From the IMG/VR virus record IMGVR_UViG_3300024308_000302, positions 226,158-290,157 of that record: 64,000 bases of DNA, one strand, 5' to 3'. The position numbers and the translations under genes were made by a program. Below the pieces are notes generated by a model. The model was not told where the DNA came from. It ran no database searches and saw nothing but the letters and a program-made list of their open reading frames with translations. Of this stretch, positions 1 to 10,730 are shown piece by piece; position 1 is the stretch's first letter, and the number at the start of each line of letters is the position of its first letter.

Positions 1-98
1 AATTCAGTTAACATTATAGCTTCAAAAGAAGCTTTGTCTGAAAATTTTGCATTAATCTTATACGGCTGTTCAAAAATTCCAATCATAATAGTCTCCGT

Positions 99-860
99 TC
101 AAATACAAATCATTTGTAACAACTCAATTTTTTGCTCAATACTCATATCATCAAAATCACTACATTTACTACCATGTGTAGAAATAATAAGCTCATCAAT
201 AACAGATTCAATATTATAATTGAAATCTTTGTCCACGTCTACAATTTTGTTTGCGGCCCAAAAATCTTCTTCAAATAAAGTTTCATTTTTAACTAAATAA
301 GCCTTTTTATTTTTTAAATTAAATGCAACCTTAAATTCTTGCTCTTTTTTAGAAAAAATTGTAATAAATGGAATACAAACAATATCATTTTGTTTATTAA
401 ACTTAAAAGATATATAAATACGACAGTTCGCCTTAAAACCATCAATAAAAGAATTAATAATAAAAAAATCATAAAGAACAAATTCAGTAGTCTTATTGAA
501 AGAATTATTATACAAAACACAATCAGAGTTGAACTTTTCAAGAGACTGAAAAGTTTGTTTAAATATATTATGTTGATTTAATGAATTTAAAAAAAGATCT
601 ATAGTTTGAAAAGAATGTTTATAATTATTCATATCAAAAAGATTTCTTATTTCAGATTCATTATCATTAGGGCCAGACACCCCAATTATGTACCCAGAAT
701 TATGAGAAATTGTCATAGATAAATCTTCTCTACCAGAAGAATTAAAAGCCCTTAAAATACAATGCGAAGGGCCATTATTCAAAGAAAGTTCACTATCAGG
801 GTAATGCCTTGAAAAAAATAAGTTAGCTTGTGCTAAAATAGAAGATTGATTATTTGGCAT
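99..860 (-). CDS. hypothetical protein with C-terminal M-x-x-hydrophobic signature
   Basis: 253 aa ORF, AGGT RBS; ends IELLQMICI*. Confidence 0.8.
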   Translation of the reverse strand: MPNNQSSILAQANLFFSRHYPDSELSLNNGPSHCILRAFNSSGREDLSMTISHNSGYIIGVSGPNDNESEIRNLFDMNNYKHSFQTIDLFLNSLNQHNIFKQTFQSLEKFNSDCVLYNNSFNKTTEFVLYDFFIINSFIDGFKANCRIYISFKFNKQNDIVCIPFITIFSKKEQEFKVAFNLKNKKAYLVKNETLFEEDFWAANKIVDVDKDFNYNIESVIDELIISTHGSKCSDFDDMSIEQKIELLQMICI

Positions 861-938
861 AATAACACCTATAAAATAAAGACTGTTATTTTAGCACAAA
901 CGAGTAAAAAAAGTAAAGCTAAAAAAGGCCAAAGCCTT

Positions 939-1466
939 TTATTTGTTTGTTAGGTATTTACCTATGAATGTAATAACAAGTTGAGTACCAACTTCTGTTT
1001 GTATTTCACCTAAACCATCATATGGAGAAACACTACCAGTAATCTCAGTAGCTGATATCTGAACAACACATGTATAAGGCCCAGTGCCTGTACAATTTTG
1101 ATATGGAATTGATATATTGCCATACACTAATCCCATACCACTTACTTCCTCAAGAGTCACAGAATCTATAACAATTTTGTTTGTAGTAGTCAATGTATAC
1201 GTCACTGTATTTTTATCAACTAATCCTGCTGGTGTTTGAGCAGTGATGATAGCATTGGTTGATGGAGTGTCACCAAAAGAACCACCTGTATCCACATAAG
1301 TAGGAGTCTCAGGGTCAGTAGGCGTCTCTGAATTACTTAATATAAATTGTATTGAATTAACTGGAAGAGAACCACCATTAACCTGCTCAAGTGGGACTTG
1401 AACTTGATAATCGGCATAGACACAACTTGAAGCAAGCAAAGCAATAGAAGTAATTAACTTTTTCAT
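939..1466 (-). CDS. secreted protein (signal peptide + YxVxxPLE motif + Pro/Thr linker)
   Basis: MKKLITSIALLASSCVYA signal; YQVQVPLEQ..NSIQF; TPTDPETP; AAGGA RBS. Confidence 0.8.
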   Translation of the reverse strand: MKKLITSIALLASSCVYADYQVQVPLEQVNGGSLPVNSIQFILSNSETPTDPETPTYVDTGGSFGDTPSTNAIITAQTPAGLVDKNTVTYTLTTTNKIVIDSVTLEEVSGMGLVYGNISIPYQNCTGTGPYTCVVQISATEITGSVSPYDGLGEIQTEVGTQLVITFIGKYLTNK

Positions 1467-1650
1467 ATGATCCTTTTTTATTGTAATAAATATATTTTTT
1501 CATATATCATAATAATGTCAATACGATAAGTATTAAATTTAAATTAAATAGAAATAGCGATTTGATCGCAATTTCAAAAAAATATAATATTTAATAAAAA
1601 ATAAACAAAAAAAGCCCTAAGAAGGGCTTTTGGTTGAGTGTGTAATGTAG

Positions 1651-1785
1651 TTACAGTTCTTTTCCTTTATTCTGAGTAGCTTCAGCTTGTTCCCAAGCAG
1701 CTTCTTTTTCCTTTTCATTCTGCTCTTTCAATTGAGCGTAAGCAAGTTCGATTTCTTGTTCTTTAGTCAGTGCAGCTTTAGTCAT
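1651..1785 (-). CDS. small acidic helical protein (44 aa), not in ORF track
   Basis: GGAG RBS; MTKAALTKEQEIELAYAQLKEQNEKEKEAAWEQAEATQNKGKEL*; followed by hairpin at ~1608-1631. Confidence 0.7.
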   Translation of the reverse strand: MTKAALTKEQEIELAYAQLKEQNEKEKEAAWEQAEATQNKGKEL

Positions 1786-1950
1786 TGTGTTTCTCCGTTA
1801 CTTCGTTGTTTATGTGGAGCAAGTATAGCTCAAAATGAAGATGTTGTAAACAAAAAAAATAAAAAAAATCAAAAATATGAGAAGTTTTCAAAAGTAAGAT
1901 TGACTTATAATAAGTTCGATGCAAAAATGACATTTTTAAAAGGAGTTTGT

Positions 1951-2709
1951 ATGGACACAATGTCTATTTTAAGTAGTATTTTTTTTCTAATCGTTATTTT
2001 CTTATTTTACCAAGAAGCGGCTCTAGTCATTGGTATTGTATTAGGTGTATTTTTGTTTTTATACAATTTTTTATGGGACATTCCAAAATCATTGATGGAA
2101 TTTATATTAGAAAATGGGCTGTCAGAACATGTAGATTATTTTTATGATGCCAGAATACCAATAGTATCAATTAGCTTATTATTAATAGTAATTTGGTCGA
2201 TACCAGTAGGGATGACGGAAAAGTTTGGCACAAAAACAGCAAAAATAATAGCTGTCATTTTTGGCGTTGTTCCATTTGTAGGATTGTTGACATATATACA
2301 CAGCGATACACAAGAAGGCTATTTTAAAAATGTATTTAACAGTAAATATGAAGATCTATCGTCAGCAAATATGTATTTCAATAATTCAAAAGTTGGTAAG
2401 GAATTGAGAAATGCAATTGATACTAAAAATTATACTGTAATAAATAAATATTATCCTAAAAATAGCAGTCTTGAAGATTATGTTAACAAAAAAGTAAATG
2501 CTTTGTCTGTCGAGGAATATATTAACAAAAAAGCATTGATTACAAGTATAAATGTTCCAATTATAACAGAAAAGTTTAAATCAATCGCAAATGATAATTA
2601 CATAACTCTTGAAGAGTATGAACAATTTAAAAAAGAAGTGCTAGAAATTGCAAACTTTAACCCATTAAAGCTTAACTCTGAACAATTAAGATTCATATAC
2701 AGCATTTAA
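1951..2709 (+). CDS. membrane protein
   Basis: AAGGAG RBS before ATG 1951 (track start 1687 overlaps the 44 aa gene); about 4 hydrophobic segments. Confidence 0.75.
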   Translation: MDTMSILSSIFFLIVIFLFYQEAALVIGIVLGVFLFLYNFLWDIPKSLMEFILENGLSEHVDYFYDARIPIVSISLLLIVIWSIPVGMTEKFGTKTAKIIAVIFGVVPFVGLLTYIHSDTQEGYFKNVFNSKYEDLSSANMYFNNSKVGKELRNAIDTKNYTVINKYYPKNSSLEDYVNKKVNALSVEEYINKKALITSINVPIITEKFKSIANDNYITLEEYEQFKKEVLEIANFNPLKLNSEQLRFIYSI

Positions 2710-2743
2710 ACAAAAATAAACCGCTTAAGCGGTTTTTTATTTA

Positions 2744-3514
2744 TTAAATATACATCATTTTAAAAACAGTAATGTCATCATCTACCATATCATCAATCTT
2801 TTTGCCTAACACTGGTAAAGTATATTCAACTTCCATGAAGTCCTTCAGTTTAGAAGCAAATTTATTATCTGGTGTTTTTAACACTTTTCTTACAAAGTTG
2901 ATTCGTCTATATTCTACTTTTTCATTAAAAGTAAAAGAGTAATAGATAACATATTTAAATACATCAGAAAATATGACACTACCTCTTTTTTGTACAGAAT
3001 GACGTAATGTATTGTTTACATCCAACATATCACCAAGCAATTTATTGTAGAAGTCAACGACTTTCAAATCTACATCAGTATAGGTATTAACACTATATGA
3101 CTGTTTAAATGAATCTTTCAAATAAATATCACTAATGTCTATTTCTAAGTCTCGTGGCAATCCATTATTGTAGATTGTAAATGCAGCCGTTAGTAATAAA
3201 GTCTCACCAGTAGGCTCAATTGTCGCTTCATAGACAACAGAAAGAGAGTCAAGACCTGTAGACCAAATACTGGTATTTACAAATAATTCTTTGTAAAAAA
3301 TGTTATGACGATTATCAAATAGATCGTCTAGGTGTTCATATTTATCTACTGGAACAATATTTTTGAGTTGTTCTTTATTAAGTGTTGATAGGTTTTCAAT
3401 AAATATATTTTCTTTTTTCAGGCGAACAATTGCATTATCAAATATTTCTTTTTTCGTTTTAGAAATATATGTACCTAATGTATTAAAATTAGTAAATTTT
3501 TGATTTTTAGTCAT
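2744..3514 (-). CDS. hypothetical protein with C-terminal signature
   Basis: 256 aa; ends ITVFKMMYI*. Confidence 0.8.
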   Translation of the reverse strand: MTKNQKFTNFNTLGTYISKTKKEIFDNAIVRLKKENIFIENLSTLNKEQLKNIVPVDKYEHLDDLFDNRHNIFYKELFVNTSIWSTGLDSLSVVYEATIEPTGETLLLTAAFTIYNNGLPRDLEIDISDIYLKDSFKQSYSVNTYTDVDLKVVDFYNKLLGDMLDVNNTLRHSVQKRGSVIFSDVFKYVIYYSFTFNEKVEYRRINFVRKVLKTPDNKFASKLKDFMEVEYTLPVLGKKIDDMVDDDITVFKMMYI

Positions 3515-3535
3515 AATAACTCTCGAATATAAATA

Positions 3536-4357
3536 TTAAATGTCCATCATTTCTTGTAATGTAAATTCATTTTTCAAATCAGAAATATTTGAAATGTTCA
3601 TTTTTTTAAGTTTAAGGACAGATACAATTGCAGTTTCAATTAATTCATTATCTGCTGACATGAACTCATCATATGTCAACATAAGTTCTTGTCCATACAT
3701 ATAGAAATATAAAGCATATTTTTCAGGTACATGAATATCATTTGCTGGATTAAAAAGAAATTTAATAGAAAATGTATTATTACTGAGCTTAAAAATAGAT
3801 GAAGAATATTCAACTTCAAATAAATCAATAATTTTTTTTGATTCTTCTGGATAAAATTTGTTACTAACAACTGTATTGAATAAACTATCATTTAAAATTA
3901 AAAGAGAATCAATTTTTTTGATTGCTGATAAAATACAATTAAAATTTGCTTTTGAATAATGGTTTTTAATGTCGCCATAAATAAAACCAATATAATGTCT
4001 ACAAAATTCATTAAAAAGATATTCTCCTGAAAGTTTTCCTTTTCGTGAGTCATAAAATGTAACATTAAAAAAATCATAATCTGTATGCTCATTATTAATT
4101 TGTGGCAATAGTTTGCCATCTGTCTCAAAAAGAATATTTAAAGATGGGTCAAGATTGCCAGAAATTTCAAAAATAATTGTTACAGGAAAATCAACTTTGT
4201 TACTCACAAGCGATTCAGACTTAAGAAGAGTCAAAAATTCAGCTAGAATATCTAAATCAATAGTAAATTTTTTCTTAGACTCTGTATTTTTTTTACCAAG
4301 TGCTACATAATTGATTTTATCAATATTAAACAGTGTTGTTTTTTCGATATATTTCAT
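3536..4357 (-). CDS. hypothetical protein with C-terminal signature
   Basis: start moved to MKYIEK; ends FTLQEMMDI*. Confidence 0.8.
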   Translation of the reverse strand: MKYIEKTTLFNIDKINYVALGKKNTESKKKFTIDLDILAEFLTLLKSESLVSNKVDFPVTIIFEISGNLDPSLNILFETDGKLLPQINNEHTDYDFFNVTFYDSRKGKLSGEYLFNEFCRHYIGFIYGDIKNHYSKANFNCILSAIKKIDSLLILNDSLFNTVVSNKFYPEESKKIIDLFEVEYSSSIFKLSNNTFSIKFLFNPANDIHVPEKYALYFYMYGQELMLTYDEFMSADNELIETAIVSVLKLKKMNISNISDLKNEFTLQEMMDI

Positions 4358-4435
4358 AAATAGTCCACAGATAATTTCTTCGTATATTACCAAAAAAGAA
4401 TTAATAAATCAATAAAAAAGATGCCTAAGCATCTT

Positions 4436-5932
4436 TTATATTTTATTTTTTATCTTATTTTTAATTGTCTTCCCATCGTCAGTGCTCTTATAAAGTTCAA
4501 ATGCTTCATCGTAAGATTTAGCTTCTGTAATAGCAATAGCCTTTAAGAAGTCTCCATTTTGATATAGAGATAACAAATTTGGATAATTGTTTTTTATCAA
4601 GTTCGCTAACTCATCTGGTTTAATATATGTCAATAAACTACTGTTTGCAGTATGATCTAAATGAAGGACAATTTTATGTTCTTGAAGGTAATCTAAAACA
4701 GGAGCAATATAGGCAAGTTTTTCTTCTGCTGTAGCAGTATAGGATAAAGCTGAATCAATTACAAAACAAACTTTCAAATTATCTCGTTGTTCAATACATA
4801 AATTATGGTAATACATTTTAAAGAAACTATTATCACCAGAAATGTGAATGTAGTTATAATCACTCTCTAAATATCTTTTAGATAAAGAATGATAACCATA
4901 AGTTAGACTTGGTTCGGCTGACAAAATAGAAATCTTGGGATCTATTAAATCAAAATCAGCAGTCGTTTCAGACAAAGGAATACCAGAAGCTCTTATAGTG
5001 TTATCATCAATAACAATTTCCATCATAGAGTCTGAAACGGATTTAAACCATTCAGGACGATTATTTTCAATAAAACTAATAAAATCATTAAGAACTGGTG
5101 TATTTAGCATATCTTCTTCACTTTTAGCATTTGCCATTACACCAAGAACTACAGATTCTTTTGCCTGAAACAAATAGAAGTAATCATCAAATTCTTTATA
5201 GTAGTCATCCATAAGCTCTATATAAGTTTGATCAGCATCTATAACAGTAATGTTAAATTTATGCTCAAATTTATGTGGTCTTAAATTAGCATCTAAAGGA
5301 ATTTCTTTGTCCAACAAATCAATAATATTCTTAACGTAGAAGCTAACAGATTGAGCACTGACATCATTACTATTCATTACATCCTTAAAGCAATTAAAAG
5401 TATGACACAATTTAACAATAGGTAAATTTTGAATAGTATATGAAAAGTCAGTAAGATGATTTTTTTCACTAAATGCTAAATTGAATTTAGATATAAAATC
5501 TTTAAAACCATCACTATCATCTAATATATCATTAATAATTTTAACCACTTGTTTATCTGAATTATTTAAAATCGGAATTGCATTAAAATCGTCGTTACGT
5601 GTTGGCTTTATTGAATTTAAAGTATCAGCAAGAGCTAAAGAATATTCATAGGCTTCATTTTCGTCTTCTGTTGGTTGCTTGGAATTTAACTTGGACTCAA
5701 TAAATTTACCGTGTTCATTTTCTGTTAAAATTCTTTTTGATCTGTAACTTATGGCTAAAGGATTATCTTCTAAATCAGTTTTGGATAAACTGAGATCATA
5801 AAAGTCCTTTAATAATGTTGTTTTATAGAATTTTAAAGTTGACAATTCATTGAAATAGTTGTCATTAATAGAATTAGACAATTTAAATTCTTCACGCAAT
5901 TTTATAAAATCTTCTGCTTTTGCTTTTTTCAT
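4436..5932 (-). CDS. hypothetical protein with basic C-terminal tail
   Basis: 498 aa; ATGA overlap with upstream gene; ends KTIKNKIKNKI*. Confidence 0.85.
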   Translation of the reverse strand: MKKAKAEDFIKLREEFKLSNSINDNYFNELSTLKFYKTTLLKDFYDLSLSKTDLEDNPLAISYRSKRILTENEHGKFIESKLNSKQPTEDENEAYEYSLALADTLNSIKPTRNDDFNAIPILNNSDKQVVKIINDILDDSDGFKDFISKFNLAFSEKNHLTDFSYTIQNLPIVKLCHTFNCFKDVMNSNDVSAQSVSFYVKNIIDLLDKEIPLDANLRPHKFEHKFNITVIDADQTYIELMDDYYKEFDDYFYLFQAKESVVLGVMANAKSEEDMLNTPVLNDFISFIENNRPEWFKSVSDSMMEIVIDDNTIRASGIPLSETTADFDLIDPKISILSAEPSLTYGYHSLSKRYLESDYNYIHISGDNSFFKMYYHNLCIEQRDNLKVCFVIDSALSYTATAEEKLAYIAPVLDYLQEHKIVLHLDHTANSSLLTYIKPDELANLIKNNYPNLLSLYQNGDFLKAIAITEAKSYDEAFELYKSTDDGKTIKNKIKNKI

Positions 5933-7767
5933 GATAATCTCTGTTTTAATTTAACTTTGTTTTCTTTAATGACACCATTTTCTTTTAAGTAACTTTCAAG
6001 TGAATCAATGGTACTTTCTGTCATTGAGTGTTCTTCTCTGTTTGCATAAAGAGCTGCTTTTTGTGCAATTTCAATTTGTTTAGTAATATCTGAACCATAT
6101 AACTCATCATCATTTTTTAAGTGTTGAGCATAAGAAGAACCAGATTGATCAAGTGTAAAACCAATCATGGAATAAATGTCAGTAGAGCGTTTATTAAAGT
6201 CACATAGAATGTATTGTCGATTATTAACGTCCGTTACATACTGATCAAAATAATCCTCATCACGAACTATACACCAAGATTTTGAGCCGAAAGCAACACA
6301 TTGTTCATAATCTTTAACTTCAAAAACATAAATGCCATTATCAGCATATAACTTATTCAAACCAAATGATTCTAATTTTAAATCAATAACTTCTGGCGTA
6401 AATTGATCGAAATAATTCAATAATCCAGTTAGCATATTAATGACATCTTCATTGTTTTTCATGGCTGCAATTTTCTTACCAACAAAAGTTTGAAGTTGTG
6501 ATGAAGTAACTTTATTATCATACAATGATTTAAAATGTGGTTCGGTTTCTTCATTGAAGTGATGTTTATATTTTGAACTCAAAATAGTATAAGCAAATTG
6601 TTTTATTTTGTTTTTATATACAATATTATTAATTTTATCATCAATACCTTCAAAATTTTTATCTTTCAAAGAGTTTAAATCAAAATTATATTGTTTCAAA
6701 ACCGGGTAGTGCTCTAACAATGAATGAACTGTCTTGATAGCGTTTTCAACACCATCTTCATGTATCTTGTTTTTAAAGAATGGAATATGAGATGGTTTCT
6801 TTCTTAGAATAAATGAAACTGCATCACTATGAACATCACGATTAAATTGTTCTAATTCTTTGTTATTAGTGATTGTGTTATAAACTCCATTCTTTAAATA
6901 AGCAATGCTATTATCATTAAAAACTAAAACCTTATTTATTTTTTGAGAGGATGTAAGTTCAAGTGTAGCAAAGACTTCCTCAGAAATATTTTTAGTATGT
7001 ATAAACTTTTCTAAAGAGTTATCACTAGGAATTTTTGATTCTTGTTCTATGAATTGAACAGCCTGAGATATCAAATATGTAGGATCTAATTTGGTGATTT
7101 CGTTTTTTACTGTCTGAATATAATTATTATTAGCAGATTCATACTTATGATACGAATCATAAAAATCTTTAATATCTGGTATTGCATCAACTAATTTATT
7201 AATTGATTTTATAATGTACCCCTTATCTTCTTCATGTAAAAAAGATTTAGACAATTGTTCATTTAAAACATAATATGAGAATAAGAATTTATTAATCAAG
7301 ACATAGTTCTTTTGAAGATCAGCAGCAAAATCTTCAACTATTTCGCGTTTAGTAATCAAATCATCAGTTATAGATTCATCAAAATGATCAAACTCTTCCA
7401 TCTTTTCTAAATACAAGTTATACCATGCTTTATTTAACTCTTTATTATTTTTAACAACATCACGTACTTGCATTTTTTTAGTGTAATCTGGAGCAACTTT
7501 GCTATAATGATCAACAGCATCAGCAGTTGATTCAAATTTGATATGATCAGTCTCTTTTATTATATTTAAGATATTATCTAATCTATTTATGGTTTCAGAT
7601 AAAGGAACTGCGTGTTCATTGACAGAGTTTACTTTATTCTCTTTGAAGAAAGGTATAAATGTTAATTCGTTATATTTTAATTTAGCAGAACTGTAACTCC
7701 AAAGAGAACCACCAACTCTTAATTCATTAAGGCTATCAATTTTACTTAAAATTTCTTCAAGATTCAT
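5929..7767 (-). CDS. hypothetical protein, possible PcfJ-like C-terminal domain
   Basis: ~612 aa; FEVKDYEQCVAFGSKSWCI motif; basic tail KVKLKQRLS*. Confidence 0.75.
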   Translation of the reverse strand: MNLEEILSKIDSLNELRVGGSLWSYSSAKLKYNELTFIPFFKENKVNSVNEHAVPLSETINRLDNILNIIKETDHIKFESTADAVDHYSKVAPDYTKKMQVRDVVKNNKELNKAWYNLYLEKMEEFDHFDESITDDLITKREIVEDFAADLQKNYVLINKFLFSYYVLNEQLSKSFLHEEDKGYIIKSINKLVDAIPDIKDFYDSYHKYESANNNYIQTVKNEITKLDPTYLISQAVQFIEQESKIPSDNSLEKFIHTKNISEEVFATLELTSSQKINKVLVFNDNSIAYLKNGVYNTITNNKELEQFNRDVHSDAVSFILRKKPSHIPFFKNKIHEDGVENAIKTVHSLLEHYPVLKQYNFDLNSLKDKNFEGIDDKINNIVYKNKIKQFAYTILSSKYKHHFNEETEPHFKSLYDNKVTSSQLQTFVGKKIAAMKNNEDVINMLTGLLNYFDQFTPEVIDLKLESFGLNKLYADNGIYVFEVKDYEQCVAFGSKSWCIVRDEDYFDQYVTDVNNRQYILCDFNKRSTDIYSMIGFTLDQSGSSYAQHLKNDDELYGSDITKQIEIAQKAALYANREEHSMTESTIDSLESYLKENGVIKENKVKLKQRLS

Positions 7768-7841
7768 GTTTAAATTATTATTTGATTGTATTTTTATATT
7801 GTAACATATAAACAAGAAAAAAATAGACTAAAAAAAACAAT

Positions 7842-7863
7842 AAAAAAGAGGCCGAAGCCCCTT
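7842..7863 (-). terminator. rho-independent terminator (UUCG loop)
   Basis: gaggccgaagcccc hairpin with A-tract. Confidence 0.75.
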
Positions 7864-7882
7864 AAAAGTTAGATTAATGTTA

Positions 7883-8569
7883 TTAACTCAAAGACAAGAT
7901 ACTATTTTTATAGATATCAAAAGGATTTGAAGAATCTGATGATTCTGCACAAATACCACAAGATTCCCATTTTTTACCAATCATAGAGAGGAATGTGTTG
8001 ATAAATTTCACTTCTGCCAGATAAGGTAAATCTGATTCATTAAATACATTAGGAACAATACTCCCAGAACGATTTGTTCCTAGCTTTGTTCTATAGGGTT
8101 CATCTTCAAAAGTTGGCAATCCTTTAGTTTCACTGTGAATATACTCAACGAATCTATCCGAGAAATCATTGAAATTTAGTTTCATATTAGAAAAGCTAGA
8201 ACGTGCCTTGAAGTCGCTCACAATTGAGTCATAAACATTTTGATGACAAGCAAAGAAACTCAATACATAATCTTTATCATCATATTCTACTTCTTTTTCT
8301 GATCCACGAAGATTTAGGAAGTCACTCCAAGTAACATGACGACCAATCAACTCAGAAATCATGCTTAGCATAAAATCTTCACGGTTTTTATCTTGTGGAT
8401 CAATATAGAATAGATCTTCTTGAAATACGCCACGAACAGAAACAGGAAATGGACGAACATTGACATTAGAAACAGAAGTATCTGTATATTTTTTGCTGAT
8501 AAGAATAGGAATCAAAACCGCTTTTGGGTTTTGATAAAAAGGCATGCCAGTAATAGAACATGTGAACAT
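7883..8569 (-). CDS. hypothetical protein
   Basis: 228 aa, GAGGT RBS; begins MFTCSITGMP. Confidence 0.8.
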   Translation of the reverse strand: MFTCSITGMPFYQNPKAVLIPILISKKYTDTSVSNVNVRPFPVSVRGVFQEDLFYIDPQDKNREDFMLSMISELIGRHVTWSDFLNLRGSEKEVEYDDKDYVLSFFACHQNVYDSIVSDFKARSSFSNMKLNFNDFSDRFVEYIHSETKGLPTFEDEPYRTKLGTNRSGSIVPNVFNESDLPYLAEVKFINTFLSMIGKKWESCGICAESSDSSNPFDIYKNSILSLS

Positions 8570-8593
8570 AAATATTACCTCTTTAGTTAAGAA

Positions 8594-9283
8594 TTAATTG
8601 GCATCAGGTGTAATAACCTTGCCTACATATCGTTTACCAGTTGAATAATCAGCATAAAGCTCAAATACAACATAGGTATCGTGGTCTTTCAAATTATCCA
8701 GAATAAAACTTTTATCATTATGGTTTGGAACAAGAGGCCCAACCATTTCTTGAAGTGTTTCATTAGGCAAAATTGGAAGTAAATGGCTGTTAAAGTTATC
8801 TCTCTTAGTACATCCATAACCTTTATAGAGATTTTTACTATCAATAATGAATGTATTTAGATCTTCATCTGCTTTAAATTTCAGATAAACAAACTTGTCT
8901 TTGATAAGTTGATCACCATCATATAGAAAGTTTGAAGCAAAAGATTGAGCATCTACTTTTTTGCGGAAAGTATATTCATTAAAAAGATCAACAAGTGCTT
9001 GGCTATCAAATTCCGAAAATCCTCTTTGAACCAAATACTCTATTTTTTTTGAAAAAGAAGTATGAAAGTCAAAAGTTTCAAAATAATTATAACAAAGATC
9101 AAGATGAATTCTAAAACGATCTTTAATAATAAAGTCACTAGCAAAACACAAAATGGTAGATTCTGGTGTAGGCGAATGAAGGAATGCAACAGCAATGCTG
9201 CTATCTTGTTTACCTAAAATAACATTCAGCTTGGTAAGGAATTCGTTTTGTTTTTCATGAACTTCTGAAATATTTAGGCTCAT
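8594..9283 (-). CDS. hypothetical protein, paralog of 44007..44735
   Basis: EFLTKLNVILGKQDSSIA vs EFIGRLKAILNRGDSSIA. Confidence 0.8.
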   Translation of the reverse strand: MSLNISEVHEKQNEFLTKLNVILGKQDSSIAVAFLHSPTPESTILCFASDFIIKDRFRIHLDLCYNYFETFDFHTSFSKKIEYLVQRGFSEFDSQALVDLFNEYTFRKKVDAQSFASNFLYDGDQLIKDKFVYLKFKADEDLNTFIIDSKNLYKGYGCTKRDNFNSHLLPILPNETLQEMVGPLVPNHNDKSFILDNLKDHDTYVVFELYADYSTGKRYVGKVITPDAN

Positions 9284-9477
9284 TTAAAAGCTCCATCAAA
9301 ATGTGTGGTGTATTGAATGACATCAGAGATTATATCAAAAATGATGGAAAGAATCAAACAAAAAAAGAAGCATACGCCTCTTTCTGATTGCTATATAATG
9401 TCATTTTAAGGTTTCATATTATTGATATTTTTCTTTTGTAAGCATAGAAGACTAAGTAAATTTAAATAAATTTTAAA

Positions 9478-9939
9478 TTAAAGTACAAATAGTTGTTTAA
9501 ATTCTTCTTTAGTTAGCGTTCCATCAATATAGGCTTGTGTTACATTATAATAAGATCCATTTTTATATTTTTCTAATATTCTTTTACCACCAATATATTT
9601 AACAACTGTACTTATGTATAATAGTTTTTCAGGTATTTCTTCTGGTTCCTGTATATGCTCTTTTTTATGTTCATTTATAAAATAATCATACCTTTTACTG
9701 CTTTCTTCATCATCATAAAAATGAGTATGAAGGTAAAATTCTTCAATATTGTCAAACAGTTTAATAGAATCTGGATTAGAATCATGAATAAATAAATAAA
9801 CGCCACTTTTTTTACTGATAATACTATTACCTGAAAGATCTCGGGCTAAAACTTCAGAATTTCCATCAAGAAGAAATAACTCTGAGTTAAATTTTATATT
9901 ATCCTGATTAATATTAATAGTAAAATACTTTGATTTCAA
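9478..9939 (-). CDS. hypothetical protein (cassette cargo)
   Basis: 153 aa, TTG start after AGGAG. Confidence 0.7.
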   Translation of the reverse strand: MKSKYFTININQDNIKFNSELFLLDGNSEVLARDLSGNSIISKKSGVYLFIHDSNPDSIKLFDNIEEFYLHTHFYDDEESSKRYDYFINEHKKEHIQEPEEIPEKLLYISTVVKYIGGKRILEKYKNGSYYNVTQAYIDGTLTKEEFKQLFVL

Positions 9940-10029
9940 TTTAATTTACTCCTGAGTTTCTTAAAAATGAAGCTCCACCTTGATGACGTACACTATCATG
10001 TACAATTCTTTTAACTAAAGACATTGATT

Positions 10030-10078
10030 TTCCATCAGGCTCATGATGAAAGATAAGGTCATTTTTATTTACAAAGTC
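10030..10078 (-). pseudogene. relic fragment of the DUF5565-like ligase gene
   Basis: translates DFVNKNDLIFHHEPDG vs KFENEEGLVFHH-PDG in 15959..16612; about 31/43 nt identical by eye. Confidence 0.55.
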
Positions 10079-10085
10079 TATATTA

Positions 10086-10457
10086 TCAATCCCTGAATAA
10101 AGACTTTGTATAAAATCGATGAAGTTTATAAATTTCAGTAGCCCTTTCTTCTGTAATTGGAATAAGATTTAATAATTTAGACTTTTCTGAGTTATGTTCA
10201 AAAACATTATAAAACCAAGAACCAACAGCAGCAGTATAGGTATTCCCCGGAGCACATGAAACTCTTTTAAATTTTGGAATTGGATTGCCAAAACCATCAA
10301 CAGTAGTAACAGTTGAAATATAAAGAGCTGAATTATCTCCTTTATCACTATCAATATAAAACTTTGAACCCAAATAAGGATTGTCTTTATACAATTTAAT
10401 AACTTCAAGTAATACAAACAATAAAAATAGAGAGCAAATAATAAGAATAATATTCAT
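10086..10457 (-). CDS. N-terminally membrane-anchored protein (cassette cargo)
   Basis: 123 aa, hydrophobic N-terminus. Confidence 0.7.
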   Translation of the reverse strand: MNIILIICSLFLLFVLLEVIKLYKDNPYLGSKFYIDSDKGDNSALYISTVTTVDGFGNPIPKFKRVSCAPGNTYTAAVGSWFYNVFEHNSEKSKLLNLIPITEERATEIYKLHRFYTKSLFRD

Positions 10458-10730
10458 ATAGAAATCCTATAATAAAAAACAATAAATAGCAGTCTATCAT
10501 TATACTACTTATAAATTTCCTTCACATTATAACAAAAAATGGTAGATTTGTAAACAATTATAAAGAATATCACCTGTAAAATATTTGAAGGCAACTAGAA
10601 GCTTAGCCAAAGTAATAAAAAAGATGATTATATAAAGAACACTTTTGTTAAATGTAAAATTTTAATTTAACTTATTGATTGAATATAAAAAGTAGATATG
10701 ATTAAATAATTAAAGACAAAGGTAAAAGAA

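Noticed and set aside
9361-9456. Another copy of the ligase 3' end
   Set aside because: Only a decayed terminator and LSLLCL vs FGLPCF similarity; too weak to list as a feature, mentioned as possible only.
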